The notes beneath the pieces are model-generated. The model saw only the letters and a program-made list of their open reading frames with translations, had not been told where the DNA came from and searched no databases. A DNA stretch of 26,601 nt from a virus (lineage: Duplodnaviria; Caudoviricetes). Positions 1 through 9,142 of this stretch are shown here, one piece after another (the stretch's first letter is position 1; each line of letters starts with the position of its first letter). The stretch spans positions 1 to 26,601 of the IMG/VR virus record IMGVR_UViG_3300037308_000195, one strand, 5' to 3'. The position numbers were made by a program, and so were the translations under genes.

Positions 1-660
1 GCTGGATCGTCCAGCGCAAGCGCCACGGTGTCGGGCGTCGGGGTGTCGGTCGGTGCCGGTGCGGGCTCATCCGCCGGATCCGCAACCACCGACGGCGTTT
101 CTCAGACGCTCGCCGCCGGCGCGGGTTTTTCGACCGGGCTGGCAAGCGTGGCCGGTGTCGGGCAGGCGACCTGCGTCGCTGCTGGGTCGGCGTCCGGTCT
201 GGGCACCTGCATCGGCACGTCCAGCGACCTGGCTCCGCGAGCCGGAGTCTCTGCCGGCAGCAGCACGGCGCAAGCGGTGGGCGCGGCCATCCAGGTCGCC
301 GTCGGGTCGTCTTCTGGCGTCGGGGCGGTCAGTGGGGCCAGCCAGCAGATCAACAGTGGAGCTGGGGCGTCCAGCGGGTCGGCAACCGCTGCCGCTGTCG
401 CTGCAGCCTACCAAGCCGCCGAAGGGCTGTCCGCCGGGGCCTCAACTGCGATCGCGGTAGGACAGGCTATTTCTGCGGCAGCGGGGTCGTCGCAAGGCAC
501 ATCGACCGCACAAGGATATTCGGTGCCGCTGACCAGCATGGCTGGCAGCGCATCGGGAACAAGCTCGGCGAACGCCATAGGGCGCGCGCTTGGGCTGGCA
601 GCGGGAGCTGCAGCAGGATCGGCGACGGTGGGATCGGTGGGGAGCTACGGCACTCCACCC
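1..660 (+). repeat. 11 degenerate tandem 60-nt (20-aa) coding repeats, consensus AGxSxGxATxxAVGxAxxxx
   Basis: Units start at 1, 61, 121 ... 601 (AGSSSAS, AGSSAGS, AGFSTGL, AGSASGL, AGVSAGS, VGSSSGV, AGASSGS, EGLSAGA, AGSSQGT, AGSASGT, AGAAAGS) with no indels. Confidence 0.9.
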
Positions 661-789
661 AGGCTGTCACGCTTGCGCGTGCTGTCTGTCCAACTGTCGC
701 CGGTCGTGCTCGGGATTCTGCGCACGAGACCTGCCGTTGGAGGCTCGCCAGATATGGACGTGGCCGAGGACGGTTTTCTTCAACTGTAG
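1..789 (+). CDS. Gly/Ala/Ser-rich 20-aa-repeat virion protein (putative fibre 'rope'), 5'-truncated
   Basis: Frame 1 is open from base 1 (AGSSSASATV...), so the track's GTG at 28 is probably not the true start. Stop TAG 787-789. Strict 20-aa periodicity. Adjacent to a bead-like gene. Confidence 0.75.
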   Translation, partial: AGSSSASATVSGVGVSVGAGAGSSAGSATTDGVSQTLAAGAGFSTGLASVAGVGQATCVAAGSASGLGTCIGTSSDLAPRAGVSAGSSTAQAVGAAIQVAVGSSSGVGAVSGASQQINSGAGASSGSATAAAVAAAYQAAEGLSAGASTAIAVGQAISAAAGSSQGTSTAQGYSVPLTSMAGSASGTSSANAIGRALGLAAGAAAGSATVGSVGSYGTPPRLSRLRVLSVQLSPVVLGILRTRPAVGGSPDMDVAEDGFLQL

Positions 790-798
790 GAGTTTGAC

Positions 799-1227
799 AT
801 GAGCAAGAGCAATGCATTCGAGACTGACCTGTTGGGCCTGATCTTCAACGCCACGGCCATCGCGGACTTGGCGGAAAACGATACCACGTCGCCACTGACC
901 AGCCTGTACTTGGCGCTGCACACGGGGGACCCCGGTGAAGCTGGAACTGCAACCACCAATGAGTGTGCGTACACCAGCTACGCGAGGAAGGCGGTGAACC
1001 GCAACAGCGGGGGGTTCACGGTCAGCGGGAACTCGGTGACGCTGACTGCCGACCAGGACTTCGTCCAGGCCACCGGCGGGTCGGAAACGGCCACGCACTT
1101 CTCCGTGACCGTGGCCTCGTCCGGTGCGTCCAAGATCCTCTACAAGGGCACTGTGACGCCCAACATCGTCATCGCCAACGGCACCATCCCTCGGCTGACG
1201 ACTGGCACCACTATCACCGAAGACTAG
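799..1227 (+). CDS. Small phage fibre protein, 142 aa (GP4 gp80-like 'bead' subunit)
   Basis: GGAG RBS at 789-792. Motif LYLALHTGDPGEAG...NECAYTSYARKAV...ETATHFSV is typical of a widespread ~140-aa phage fibre protein family (recognised from memory). Confidence 0.7.
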   Translation: MSKSNAFETDLLGLIFNATAIADLAENDTTSPLTSLYLALHTGDPGEAGTATTNECAYTSYARKAVNRNSGGFTVSGNSVTLTADQDFVQATGGSETATHFSVTVASSGASKILYKGTVTPNIVIANGTIPRLTTGTTITED

Positions 1228-1258
1228 GACATCTGTACCGGCATACGGAGACTACGCA

Positions 1259-1804
1259 GTGAAGATGTGCCACAGGTGCGGTCGCATGCTGGAACTCAGC
1301 GAGTTCCACCGCAACAGCGCCGCAAAAGATGGGGTGCAATCAAAGTGCAAGGTCTGTCATATCACCGCCGTGTGCGCGGCGCAGAAAGTCAACCCGGAGC
1401 GACGGCGGGAAACCAGCCGCCGCTACCGGGAGCGTCACCCCGAAGTGCACAAAGCCAGCGATCTAAGGTGGAAAGCCAAAGATCCAAAACGTGCGCGTGC
1501 ACTTGCTGCCGACAAGTCGCGTCGATGGCGCGCCGCAAACAAAGCGGCTGTGCGCGAACTCACTCGCGCCAGTTACGCGCGCAAGCGCAAAGCAGAGCCA
1601 AATTGGGCAGACAAGTCGGCGATTCGATTTGTCTATGAAAAGGCAAGGGAATGGGGCATGGAAGTTGACCACGTTGTTCCGCTGTCATCGCCCATTGTTT
1701 GCGGCCTGCACTGCCACGCCAACCTGCAACTGCTGCACAGGAGCGTTAACGTGCGCAAGAGCAACAAAGAGTGGCCGGACATGCCGACCGGTTGCGCCGA
1801 TTAG
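1259..1804 (+). CDS. Free-standing HNH (homing) endonuclease with N-terminal Zn finger
   Basis: GGAG at 1247-1250 with GTG start. CHRC...CKVC Zn finger, basic helical middle, C-terminal EVDHVVPL...VCGLHCHANLQLL...N.RKSNK HNH motif. Confidence 0.9.
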   Translation: MKMCHRCGRMLELSEFHRNSAAKDGVQSKCKVCHITAVCAAQKVNPERRRETSRRYRERHPEVHKASDLRWKAKDPKRARALAADKSRRWRAANKAAVRELTRASYARKRKAEPNWADKSAIRFVYEKAREWGMEVDHVVPLSSPIVCGLHCHANLQLLHRSVNVRKSNKEWPDMPTGCAD

Positions 1805-1821
1805 TGCCACAGGATTTATAC

Positions 1822-2145
1822 ATGGACGTGTTAACCATCTACGCGGGCAGCGACATGCTGCTTGAGGTCGAGCACCTGTCCGATGACGCGGACGGCTCCA
1901 GCTTGGATGCTGCGACCGTCCGCGTCACGCTCAGGGATGCGGCCAACAATCCGGTGGGTGGTGAGACCTGGCCCTTGGCCATGGGCTACGTCACCGATTC
2001 CAAGGGCTGCTACCGGGCCACGCTGGCGGACACCCTTGGGGTCGTGGCGGGGCAGCGGTACAAGGCAATCATCACCGCAGATGCGGGTCCGGGCCGCAAG
2101 GCTGAATGGACCGTTGACGTGATCTGCAAGCCGAGGCGCAGATGA
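1822..2145 (+). CDS. 107-aa beta-rich virion protein (BppU-N/Ig-like, possible fibre anchor)
   Basis: AGGA at 1811-1814 favours ATG 1822 over 1771. Pattern SLDAATVRVTLRD...G.YRATL...G..Y resembles Ig-like phage adaptor domains. ATGA overlap with TerS. Confidence 0.55.
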   Translation: MDVLTIYAGSDMLLEVEHLSDDADGSSLDAATVRVTLRDAANNPVGGETWPLAMGYVTDSKGCYRATLADTLGVVAGQRYKAIITADAGPGRKAEWTVDVICKPRRR

Positions 2146-2804
2146 GCGACGACGCAGACAAGTCCGACAAGCCCGCTCCCGATTGGGGTGCCATAGAAGT
2201 CGAATGGCGTGCCGGGGCTCTGCCTGTGCGGCAGATCGCTGCCGCCCACGGCATCACGCATCCGACCATCCTGGCCTACTTCAAGCGCCGCGGCATTCTG
2301 CGTGGCACGCTGAAGCACAACATCCAGGCCAAGGCCGATGCGCTGGTGGCTCGGGCGATGACGGCAGAGCCCGGCGAACTGTCCGAGGAGATGACCGTTG
2401 AGGCCGAGGCCAGGATTCAGGCGCGGGTCCGGCTGGCGCACCGCCAGGTCATCAATCGATGTCGTGTGCTAGTCACCCAGCTCGCGCAAGAGTTGGAAGA
2501 CGCCACCGAGCACAAGCCCTTGGTGGAGCAGATGCGCGAAGCCTTGATGGACGACGCATCGGACGAGGCCAAGAAGAGCATGGAGTCTGCGTGGCGGCGG
2601 ATCATGTCCCTGCCGGCTCGAGCTAACACTGCGAAGACCTTGGTCGAAACCATGCGCGTGCTCATCGACAAGGAGCGCGAGGCGTACAGCATCGGCGAGG
2701 GTCCGCCCCCCAATCCGCATGAGCGGATGACGGACGAGGACTTGATCGCCAGACTGGCGCTGCACGGCATCGAGCTTCGACTGCCGCCAAGGATTGCCCA
2801 GTGA
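2142..2804 (+). CDS. terS: Terminase small subunit (putative)
   Basis: N-terminal HTH PDWGAIEVEWRAGALPVRQIAAAHGITHPTI, helical body, directly upstream of TerL with GTGA overlap. Confidence 0.8.
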   Translation: MSDDADKSDKPAPDWGAIEVEWRAGALPVRQIAAAHGITHPTILAYFKRRGILRGTLKHNIQAKADALVARAMTAEPGELSEEMTVEAEARIQARVRLAHRQVINRCRVLVTQLAQELEDATEHKPLVEQMREALMDDASDEAKKSMESAWRRIMSLPARANTAKTLVETMRVLIDKEREAYSIGEGPPPNPHERMTDEDLIARLALHGIELRLPPRIAQ

Positions 2805-4288
2805 GCCTGCTGGACCTGTCCCACCTTCCCCCGGACGTGGCATTGAGCCGCGCCGAGGACATCCTGCGGTCTCTGTCCGAGGGCAAGCGGCGTGAGGCAA
2901 GGAACTACATCCAGTCCCTGTTTCCAGACGAGGGACCGCTGCGCCGCGAGTTGTACCCCAAGCACATGCTGTTCTTCCGATCTGGCCTGCTGGTGCGCGA
3001 GCGAGCGTTTATTGCCGGCAACCGAGTAGGCAAGACGATCGCGGCCGGGGCAGAGTGGACCTATCATTTGACCGGGCGCTACCCGATGTGGTGGCCTGGG
3101 CACCGGTTCTGTCACCCGATCCGCCTGCTGGTGTCGGGCAACACGCACGAGACGACGCGGGACATTCTGCAACTCAAGCTCATGGGCTCGACGACGGACA
3201 AGCCCGACCTGATCGGCACGGGGCTGATTCCCGGCCTATCGATCGCCCGATGGGTGGCCCGCAACCACATAAAGGGGGCCATTGAGCGCGCAGACATCAA
3301 GCATGTGCTGGGCGGAGAGTCGGAACTGTGGTTCCGCAGCTACGAGCAGGGGCGAGAAATCTTCGAGGGCTTCGAGTTGGATGGGTTCTGGGCCGACGAG
3401 GAGGTTGGCGAGGACGTGTGGGACGAGGGCCAGATCCGTTTGATGACCAGACGGGGTCATGCAACCCTGACCTTCACCCCGCTGAACGGCATGACCCCGC
3501 TTGTTCAACGTCTGCTGAACGTGGAGAGCGACGCAGCCAGACTGCGCGAGGTCATTCAGTGCGGCTGGGATGATGTCCCGCATTTGAGCGAGCAGGACAA
3601 GACGGAGATGCTCGCCAAGTTGCGGCCAGACATGCGTGACGCGCGCTCGCGCGGCATTCCGTCAATGGGCGCTGGGGCGATATACCCCGTGAGGTGGGAG
3701 GACGTGGTCGTACAGCCATTCGTCTTTCCTGCGCACTGGCCCCGAGCCTACGCCCTGGACGTGGGCTGGCGACGCACCGCCGCACTGTGGGGAGCGTGGG
3801 ACCGCGAGAGCGATGTCATCTACCTGTACTCCGAGCACTATCTGGGCGAGGCCGAACCAGCGGTCCATGGCGAGGCGATCAAGGCCAGGGGACCGTGGAT
3901 CACCGGAGCAATCGACCCCGCGGCTCGAGGCAGATCGCAGATCGACGGGGAGCAGATGATCAAGCTCTACCGTGACTTGGGCCTGACGCTGATTCTTGCG
4001 AACAACGGGGTCGAGTCTGGGCTGAACGAGGTCTGGCAGCGGCTGTCCACCGGGCGGCTGAAAATCTTCTCCACGCTCGCCAACACGCGCGCCGAATACC
4101 AACTGTATCGGCGCGATGAGAAAGGGCGAATTGTCAAAGAAAACGATCACCTGATGGACGCGATGCGCTATCTGTGCAACACGCTGGGGGCGTTCGGTCT
4201 TGCCCCGGCAGTCAAAAGGGCCGAGCCGACATGGCGCAACCGCCTGACCCAAACGGGCAGGACACAAGGATCGGCGCAAGCCGCATGA
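2801..4288 (+). CDS. terL: Terminase large subunit (P22 gp2-like)
   Basis: Walker A AGNRVGKT, Walker B FWADEE, coupling motif LTFTP, nuclease motifs ALDVGW and NDHLMDAMRY. Confidence 0.96.
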   Translation: MSLLDLSHLPPDVALSRAEDILRSLSEGKRREARNYIQSLFPDEGPLRRELYPKHMLFFRSGLLVRERAFIAGNRVGKTIAAGAEWTYHLTGRYPMWWPGHRFCHPIRLLVSGNTHETTRDILQLKLMGSTTDKPDLIGTGLIPGLSIARWVARNHIKGAIERADIKHVLGGESELWFRSYEQGREIFEGFELDGFWADEEVGEDVWDEGQIRLMTRRGHATLTFTPLNGMTPLVQRLLNVESDAARLREVIQCGWDDVPHLSEQDKTEMLAKLRPDMRDARSRGIPSMGAGAIYPVRWEDVVVQPFVFPAHWPRAYALDVGWRRTAALWGAWDRESDVIYLYSEHYLGEAEPAVHGEAIKARGPWITGAIDPAARGRSQIDGEQMIKLYRDLGLTLILANNGVESGLNEVWQRLSTGRLKIFSTLANTRAEYQLYRRDEKGRIVKENDHLMDAMRYLCNTLGAFGLAPAVKRAEPTWRNRLTQTGRTQGSAQAA

Positions 4289-4292
4289 CACC

Positions 4293-6374
4293 ATGAGCGA
4301 TCAAGTAGCACGCGAGGTCTGGGACCGGTACAGGTACGCCATCGACCGAGGGCACCGGGAGTACACCGAGAGGGCTCGACTGTGCGAGCGCATGTATCTG
4401 GGCGGTGGCAGGCAGTGGGACCCGCAAGACCTGGACATCTTGCGCGAGCAGAGAAGACCGGCCTACGAGTTCAACGAGGTCATGCCGAGCGTCAACTCGG
4501 CCATTGGCTATCAGATCGCCAACCGCATGGACATCTTGTTTCGGCCGCGAGGCGGAGATTCTGACCAAGCCAAGGCGGACATCCGCAGCAAGATCATCAT
4601 GCAGATCGCCGACTCTCAGCGGTTGCATTGGCGTGAGACGGAGGTTTTCACAGACGGGATCATCCAGCAACGAGGCTACTACGATGTCCGTGTCTCGTTC
4701 GACGACAACATGATGGGCCACATCACCATCGATGTCCCCGACCCGATGGATGTCGTCCCGGACCCTGACGCGAAGACCTACGACCCATCAGGATGGTCGG
4801 ACGTGATGCTCACCCGATGGCTGACCCTCGATGAGATCGAGCAGTCCTACGGCACTGCCGCATCGGATGCCGTCGAGAGGCTGCGCAACATGCGCCCGGA
4901 AGATGCCGACTGGGGCGAGGCCGATGACACGGGGGTCGATCGGTCGAAGTTCGGTGATCCCAACTTCGCAGGGGCTGCCTTCGATGTCCGGTTCCTCGAC
5001 GGCAAGATCAACCGCGTGCGGGTGATCGACCGTCAACTGTGGGTGCGGCAGATGACTCGTTGCCTGTACTACCCGCGATCGGGCGACGTGAAGATCGCGG
5101 AGAACCTGACCCCGGAAGTCCTTCAGGCGCAGATCGGCCAAGGGGCCGTGGCGACCAAGATGCTGCGGCGCAGGGTTCGCTGGCAAGTCGCCACTGCTGA
5201 CGTGGAGTTGCACAACGAGTGGAGCCCCTACGACGACCTGACCATCGTTCCCTACTTCGCGTATTTCCGCCGTGGCCAGACGCTCGGCATGGTCGATAAC
5301 GCCATCGGCCCACAGCAGGCACGGAACAAGGCGCTGAGTCAGTACGTTCACATCATCAACACGACCGCCAATTCTGGGTGGATCGTGCGGGAGAACTCGC
5401 TCACCAACATGAGCACTGAGGAACTGGCCCAGCAAGGGGCCAAGACGGGTTTGGTCATCGAGGTCAAGGAAGGAGCCACCGGGCCGGAGAAGATCGCACC
5501 CAATCCCGTCCCGCAGGGGGTGGACAGGCTTGTGCAGGTCACTTCGGAAGCCCTGAAGTCCGTGACCATCCCCGAGGCCATGCGCGGGATCACCGGCCCG
5601 GAGAAGTCGGGTGTGGCGATCCAGCACAAGCAGTTCGCCGCCCAGCAGCAGATGGCCATGCCGCTCGACAACCTGGCCCGCACCCGGCACATGCTTGCGC
5701 ACAAGCTGCACAAGTTGGTCCAGCAGTTCTACACCGAGGAGCGGGTGTATCGGATCACCGAACAAGACCCGGCCACCGGCAAGCCACAGACCGAAGAAAT
5801 CGTGGTCAACCAATACGACCCGGAAACAGGCGGCTACGTCAACGACCTGACCGAAGGCGACTACGACGTGGTGGTCAGCGAACAGCCGATGCAAGTCACG
5901 TTCGAGAACAGCCAGTTCCAGCAGGCATTGGAGTTGCGGCAGGCAGGGGTGAGTATCCCGGACTCGATCATGGTCCAGCACTCGACACTGAGCCGCAAGG
6001 CCGAGATCGTCGAGATGATGTCGCAGCAGTCGCAGACCGACCCGCTGCTCGAGCAGAAAGCGGCGCTGCTTAGAGAACAAGTGCGCAAGACCGCGGCCGA
6101 GGCCGTGAACAAGGCGGTGGAGGCGATGTTTTCGGCGACCCAGGCCGGCAACCAGATTGCAGCCCTGCCCGGCATCGCGCCACTGGCCGATCAACTGCTC
6201 AAGTCGGCCGGGTTCACCGATGCGGACCAACCCCCGATCGTCCCTGCGCCGGCGATCGAGGAACCCGTGGCCCCGCCAGACCCCAACACCAACCCGTTGA
6301 CACCCGTCAACCCTGCCGTCGGCATGCGTGAGGGCATCGAACGCATGGACGCGCAGGTCGGACTACCTCAGTGA
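4293..6374 (+). CDS. Portal protein (P22-like), 693 aa
   Basis: Follows TerL. Motifs YLGGGRQW...RRPAYEFNEVMPSVN.AIGYQ, DPMDVVPDPDA, IVPYFAY...GMVDNAIGPQ..RNK, SGVAIQ.KQ and G.YDVVV are typical of P22-like portals. Confidence 0.92.
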   Translation: MSDQVAREVWDRYRYAIDRGHREYTERARLCERMYLGGGRQWDPQDLDILREQRRPAYEFNEVMPSVNSAIGYQIANRMDILFRPRGGDSDQAKADIRSKIIMQIADSQRLHWRETEVFTDGIIQQRGYYDVRVSFDDNMMGHITIDVPDPMDVVPDPDAKTYDPSGWSDVMLTRWLTLDEIEQSYGTAASDAVERLRNMRPEDADWGEADDTGVDRSKFGDPNFAGAAFDVRFLDGKINRVRVIDRQLWVRQMTRCLYYPRSGDVKIAENLTPEVLQAQIGQGAVATKMLRRRVRWQVATADVELHNEWSPYDDLTIVPYFAYFRRGQTLGMVDNAIGPQQARNKALSQYVHIINTTANSGWIVRENSLTNMSTEELAQQGAKTGLVIEVKEGATGPEKIAPNPVPQGVDRLVQVTSEALKSVTIPEAMRGITGPEKSGVAIQHKQFAAQQQMAMPLDNLARTRHMLAHKLHKLVQQFYTEERVYRITEQDPATGKPQTEEIVVNQYDPETGGYVNDLTEGDYDVVVSEQPMQVTFENSQFQQALELRQAGVSIPDSIMVQHSTLSRKAEIVEMMSQQSQTDPLLEQKAALLREQVRKTAAEAVNKAVEAMFSATQAGNQIAALPGIAPLADQLLKSAGFTDADQPPIVPAPAIEEPVAPPDPNTNPLTPVNPAVGMREGIERMDAQVGLPQ

Positions 6375-6388
6375 GCAAGGAGAGCAAC

Positions 6389-7291
6389 ATGGATCAAGAC
6401 CAACTCGAACTCGACGACAACACCGAAGACACCGTTACCGTCACCGACAACGACGAGGCACAGGGCAAACAGGGCGAAGAGGACCGCGGCGACGGGTTCG
6501 AGCCGTCTTCCGAGTCTGCCGAACAGGCCGAAACCGCAGAACCCGCCGAGCCCGCAGAACCGGACGCGCCGGGCAAGAAGAACGCCATGGTGCCGATCGA
6601 CCGATTCCATGCGGTCAACGAGGAGCGCAAGCAACTGCTCGCCATGAACGAGCGGTTGATCGCCCAACTGTCCGGCACGCCACCGGCACAAAGCCAGCCG
6701 GAACCGCAGCAAGCGCCCGCTTTCGATCTGGTGGCGCGAAACAAGGACTACGCCACGGCTTTACTGGACGGTGACGAGGCAAAAGCTGCTCAGATCCGGG
6801 CCGACATCGACATCCACCTCGAGGGGCAGGCGACCGCCCGCGCCCTGGCCCAATTCGAGAAAATGCAGCAGCAGTCGGCGTTTCAGGCCGAGGCCGCTCG
6901 ACTCAAGGCGACCTACCCGGAACTGGATGAATCCAACCAGAATGCCAACCAAGACGCCATTGAGTACGTCATTTTGCAGCGTAATTCGCTGGTTCAACGC
7001 GGGATTCCTCTGTATAATGCACTGAATCAGGCTGCCGAGAAGGCCGCCGCGATTTTCGGACTTGGGCCGAGGACTGCGCCGGCAGGGATCGACAGCCCGA
7101 CGCAGGATCCGCGGCGCGTGGCTCAGGCGCAACGTAACGCGCAGGCTTCCAATGCCCAACCTGCCCCGCTTGCCGGGGTCGGAGAGCGGGCGACGAAGGC
7201 TGCGCGGTACAACGTCGAAACCATGTCCGAGGACGAGTTCGCGTCCCTGCCGGCGGCCGAAAAGCGCCGGCTGAGGGGCGACGGTCCCTGA
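6389..7291 (+). CDS. Capsid scaffolding protein (putative), 300 aa
   Basis: AAGGAG at 6377-6382 supports ATG 6389. Acidic disordered N-terminus, VPIDRFHAVNEERK coiled coil, C-terminal MSEDEFASLP..EKRRLRGD. Lies between portal and MCP. Confidence 0.85.
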   Translation: MDQDQLELDDNTEDTVTVTDNDEAQGKQGEEDRGDGFEPSSESAEQAETAEPAEPAEPDAPGKKNAMVPIDRFHAVNEERKQLLAMNERLIAQLSGTPPAQSQPEPQQAPAFDLVARNKDYATALLDGDEAKAAQIRADIDIHLEGQATARALAQFEKMQQQSAFQAEAARLKATYPELDESNQNANQDAIEYVILQRNSLVQRGIPLYNALNQAAEKAAAIFGLGPRTAPAGIDSPTQDPRRVAQAQRNAQASNAQPAPLAGVGERATKAARYNVETMSEDEFASLPAAEKRRLRGDGP

Positions 7292-7299
7292 CGGGGCCA

Positions 7300-7464
7300 G
7301 GCCTGCCGGGAGCCTTCAATCCCGGCCGGGCCGCCGCCGTGACGGGCGACCTCGCCTAGCTCGGGCGTGAAACGAGCGGGACTCTGGGCGCCCCAAAGAC
7401 CCTGTGCTCGCGGATTGGGCGGCGCCACGGCCCAGGAAAACGGTTCATCCATTTCCTGAAGGAG
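7300..7464 (+). promoter_or_regulatory. Structured 5' leader of the major capsid gene (several hairpins plus RBS)
   Basis: Stems GCCGGGA/TCCCGGC (7305-7326), GCTCG/CGAGC (7359-7377), TGGGC/GCCCA (7416-7434), CAGGAAA/TTTCCTG (7433-7458), then AAGGAG at 7459-7464. Confidence 0.55.
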
Positions 7465-7471
7465 CCCATTC

Positions 7472-8569
7472 ATGGCACTCACCAATTTTGCGGCACTGAC
7501 GTCGCAGCAGAAACTCGTCTGGTCCCGCGATGTCTGGTCCGCCGCCCGCGACCAGATGTTCATCAAGAAGTTCATCGGCACCGGCGACGGTTCGATGATT
7601 CAACGTATCACCGAGCTGACGAAGACCGAGAAGGGCGAGCAGGTCATCATGCACCTGGTCGCGGATCTGGTCGATGACGGCGTGATCGGCGACAACGAAC
7701 GCGAGGGCAACGAGGAGGCGATGCAGTCCTACTCGCAGATCATCAACATCGATCTGATCTCGCACGGCGTTCGCAACAAGGGCAAGCTGGCCGAGCAGAA
7801 GACGGTCATAAAGTTCCGCGAGATGGGTCGTGATCGGCTCGCCTACTGGCTGGCCAATCGCTGCGACCAACTGGCGTTCCTCACGATGTCTGGCATCTCG
7901 TATGCCTACCAGAACGACGGTTCGGCTCGGTTGAACAGTCCGTTTCCCAACTTGTCTTTCGCGGCCGACGTGTCGGCGCCGACCAACAAACGGGCGCTGA
8001 TGTGGAACGGCACGGGCCTGGTGGCGAGCAACACGGGTTCGATCACCAGCTCGTATGTGCCGAGCTACAAGATGATCGTGGATCTGGTGGCCTATGCGAA
8101 GGACCACTACGTCAAGCCGTTGATGTCCGGTGGCAAGGAATACTACGTGCTCCTGGTCCGGCCGGGCACGCTGGGCGCGCTCAAGAAGGACGCGGACTAC
8201 CAGCGCGCGGTCACGCAGGTCGCCACCAAGACGGGCCTGGATTCGCCCTGGTTCACTGGCGCCACGGTGACGATCGACGGGGCGGTGATCCATGAGCACC
8301 GGCTGGTGTACTCGACCCGCGGCACCGCGACCAAGTGGGGTTCTGGCAACTTGGTGGAGGGCACCCGCTCCCTGCTGTGCGGCGCTCAAGCCCTGGGCAT
8401 GGCCGACCTCGGCCCGGCCGAGTGGGACGAGAAGACCTTCCAGTACAACAGCCAGCAGGGCATCAACATCGACAAGATGTTCGGCCTGCTCAAGCCCAAG
8501 TTCTACTCGATCTACGATAAGTCCACCGAGGACTTCGGCATCGTCACTTGCGACCACTACCTGGGCTGA
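7472..8569 (+). CDS. Major capsid protein, N4-gp56/DUF4043-type, 365 aa
   Basis: Strong RBS and strong codon bias. Motifs IQRITELTKTEKGE, GVIGDNEREGNEEAM and SLLCGAQALG are typical of this HK97-fold family. Position after scaffold. Confidence 0.93.
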   Translation: MALTNFAALTSQQKLVWSRDVWSAARDQMFIKKFIGTGDGSMIQRITELTKTEKGEQVIMHLVADLVDDGVIGDNEREGNEEAMQSYSQIINIDLISHGVRNKGKLAEQKTVIKFREMGRDRLAYWLANRCDQLAFLTMSGISYAYQNDGSARLNSPFPNLSFAADVSAPTNKRALMWNGTGLVASNTGSITSSYVPSYKMIVDLVAYAKDHYVKPLMSGGKEYYVLLVRPGTLGALKKDADYQRAVTQVATKTGLDSPWFTGATVTIDGAVIHEHRLVYSTRGTATKWGSGNLVEGTRSLLCGAQALGMADLGPAEWDEKTFQYNSQQGINIDKMFGLLKPKFYSIYDKSTEDFGIVTCDHYLG

Positions 8570-8579
8570 TCGCATCCGT

Positions 8580-8604
8580 GAGCCGGTCAGGTAGTGGCCG
8601 GCTC
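8580..8604 (+). promoter_or_regulatory. Intergenic stem-loop after MCP (mRNA stabiliser or attenuator)
   Basis: GAGCCGGTCA-ggtag-TGGCCGGCTC, 10-bp stem with one G-U and no good U-tract. Confidence 0.5.
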
Positions 8605-8634
8605 GGTTCCCCTTGATGTTGAAAGGAACATCTC

Positions 8635-9051
8635 ATGGCACTCACCAAGAAATCGGGCCGACAGGACGTGATCGTCGGCGCCTGCGACTTCGACTTCGAC
8701 GACATCACCAGCGGGGCCTACGCCGCAATGGTCGATGTGCCGGCCGGTGCGATCGTCGTCGGTGGATACGTGGCGGTCACGACGCTGTTCAACAGCGGCA
8801 CGACCGACAAGTTCTCCATTGGGCACAAGGTCGGTTCCGCCTCGGCAGTCGATACCGCGTACTCGGCGCAGTCTGCCGACATCACGGCTACGGGCCTTGC
8901 CGCAGCGGTCACGCCCAGCGGTGCCAAGTTCACCGAAGCAGGCAGCGTCGGCGTGCGGTGGGACGGCGAGGGCGCGGCAGCAACGGCGGGGGTCGGTCGC
9001 CTGATCGTCGAGTACGTGGTGGACGGCCGTACTGCTTTCTCGCAGGGCTGA
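8635..9051 (+). CDS. Capsid decoration/cement protein (putative), 138 aa
   Basis: AAAGGA RBS. Directly after MCP and before the terminator. beta-sandwich pattern VPAGAIVVGGYVAVTTLFNSGTT...AGVGRLIVEYV. Confidence 0.7.
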   Translation: MALTKKSGRQDVIVGACDFDFDDITSGAYAAMVDVPAGAIVVGGYVAVTTLFNSGTTDKFSIGHKVGSASAVDTAYSAQSADITATGLAAAVTPSGAKFTEAGSVGVRWDGEGAAATAGVGRLIVEYVVDGRTAFSQG

Positions 9052-9083
9052 TTCTCTCCTTGATCCATCGTCGAGATGGGTTT

Positions 9084-9121
9084 TCCCTCGACTGCGATGA
9101 CCTCGTAGTCGGGGGGTTTTT
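9084..9121 (+). terminator. Rho-independent terminator after MCP and decoration genes
   Basis: CCCTCGACTGCGA-tgacc-TCGTAGTCGGGGG 13-bp stem (2 G-U) followed by GTTTTT. A second smaller hairpin GATCCATC/GATGGGTT lies at 9062-9082. Confidence 0.8.
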
Positions 9122-9142
9122 GACGGACACACGGAGCAAAAC

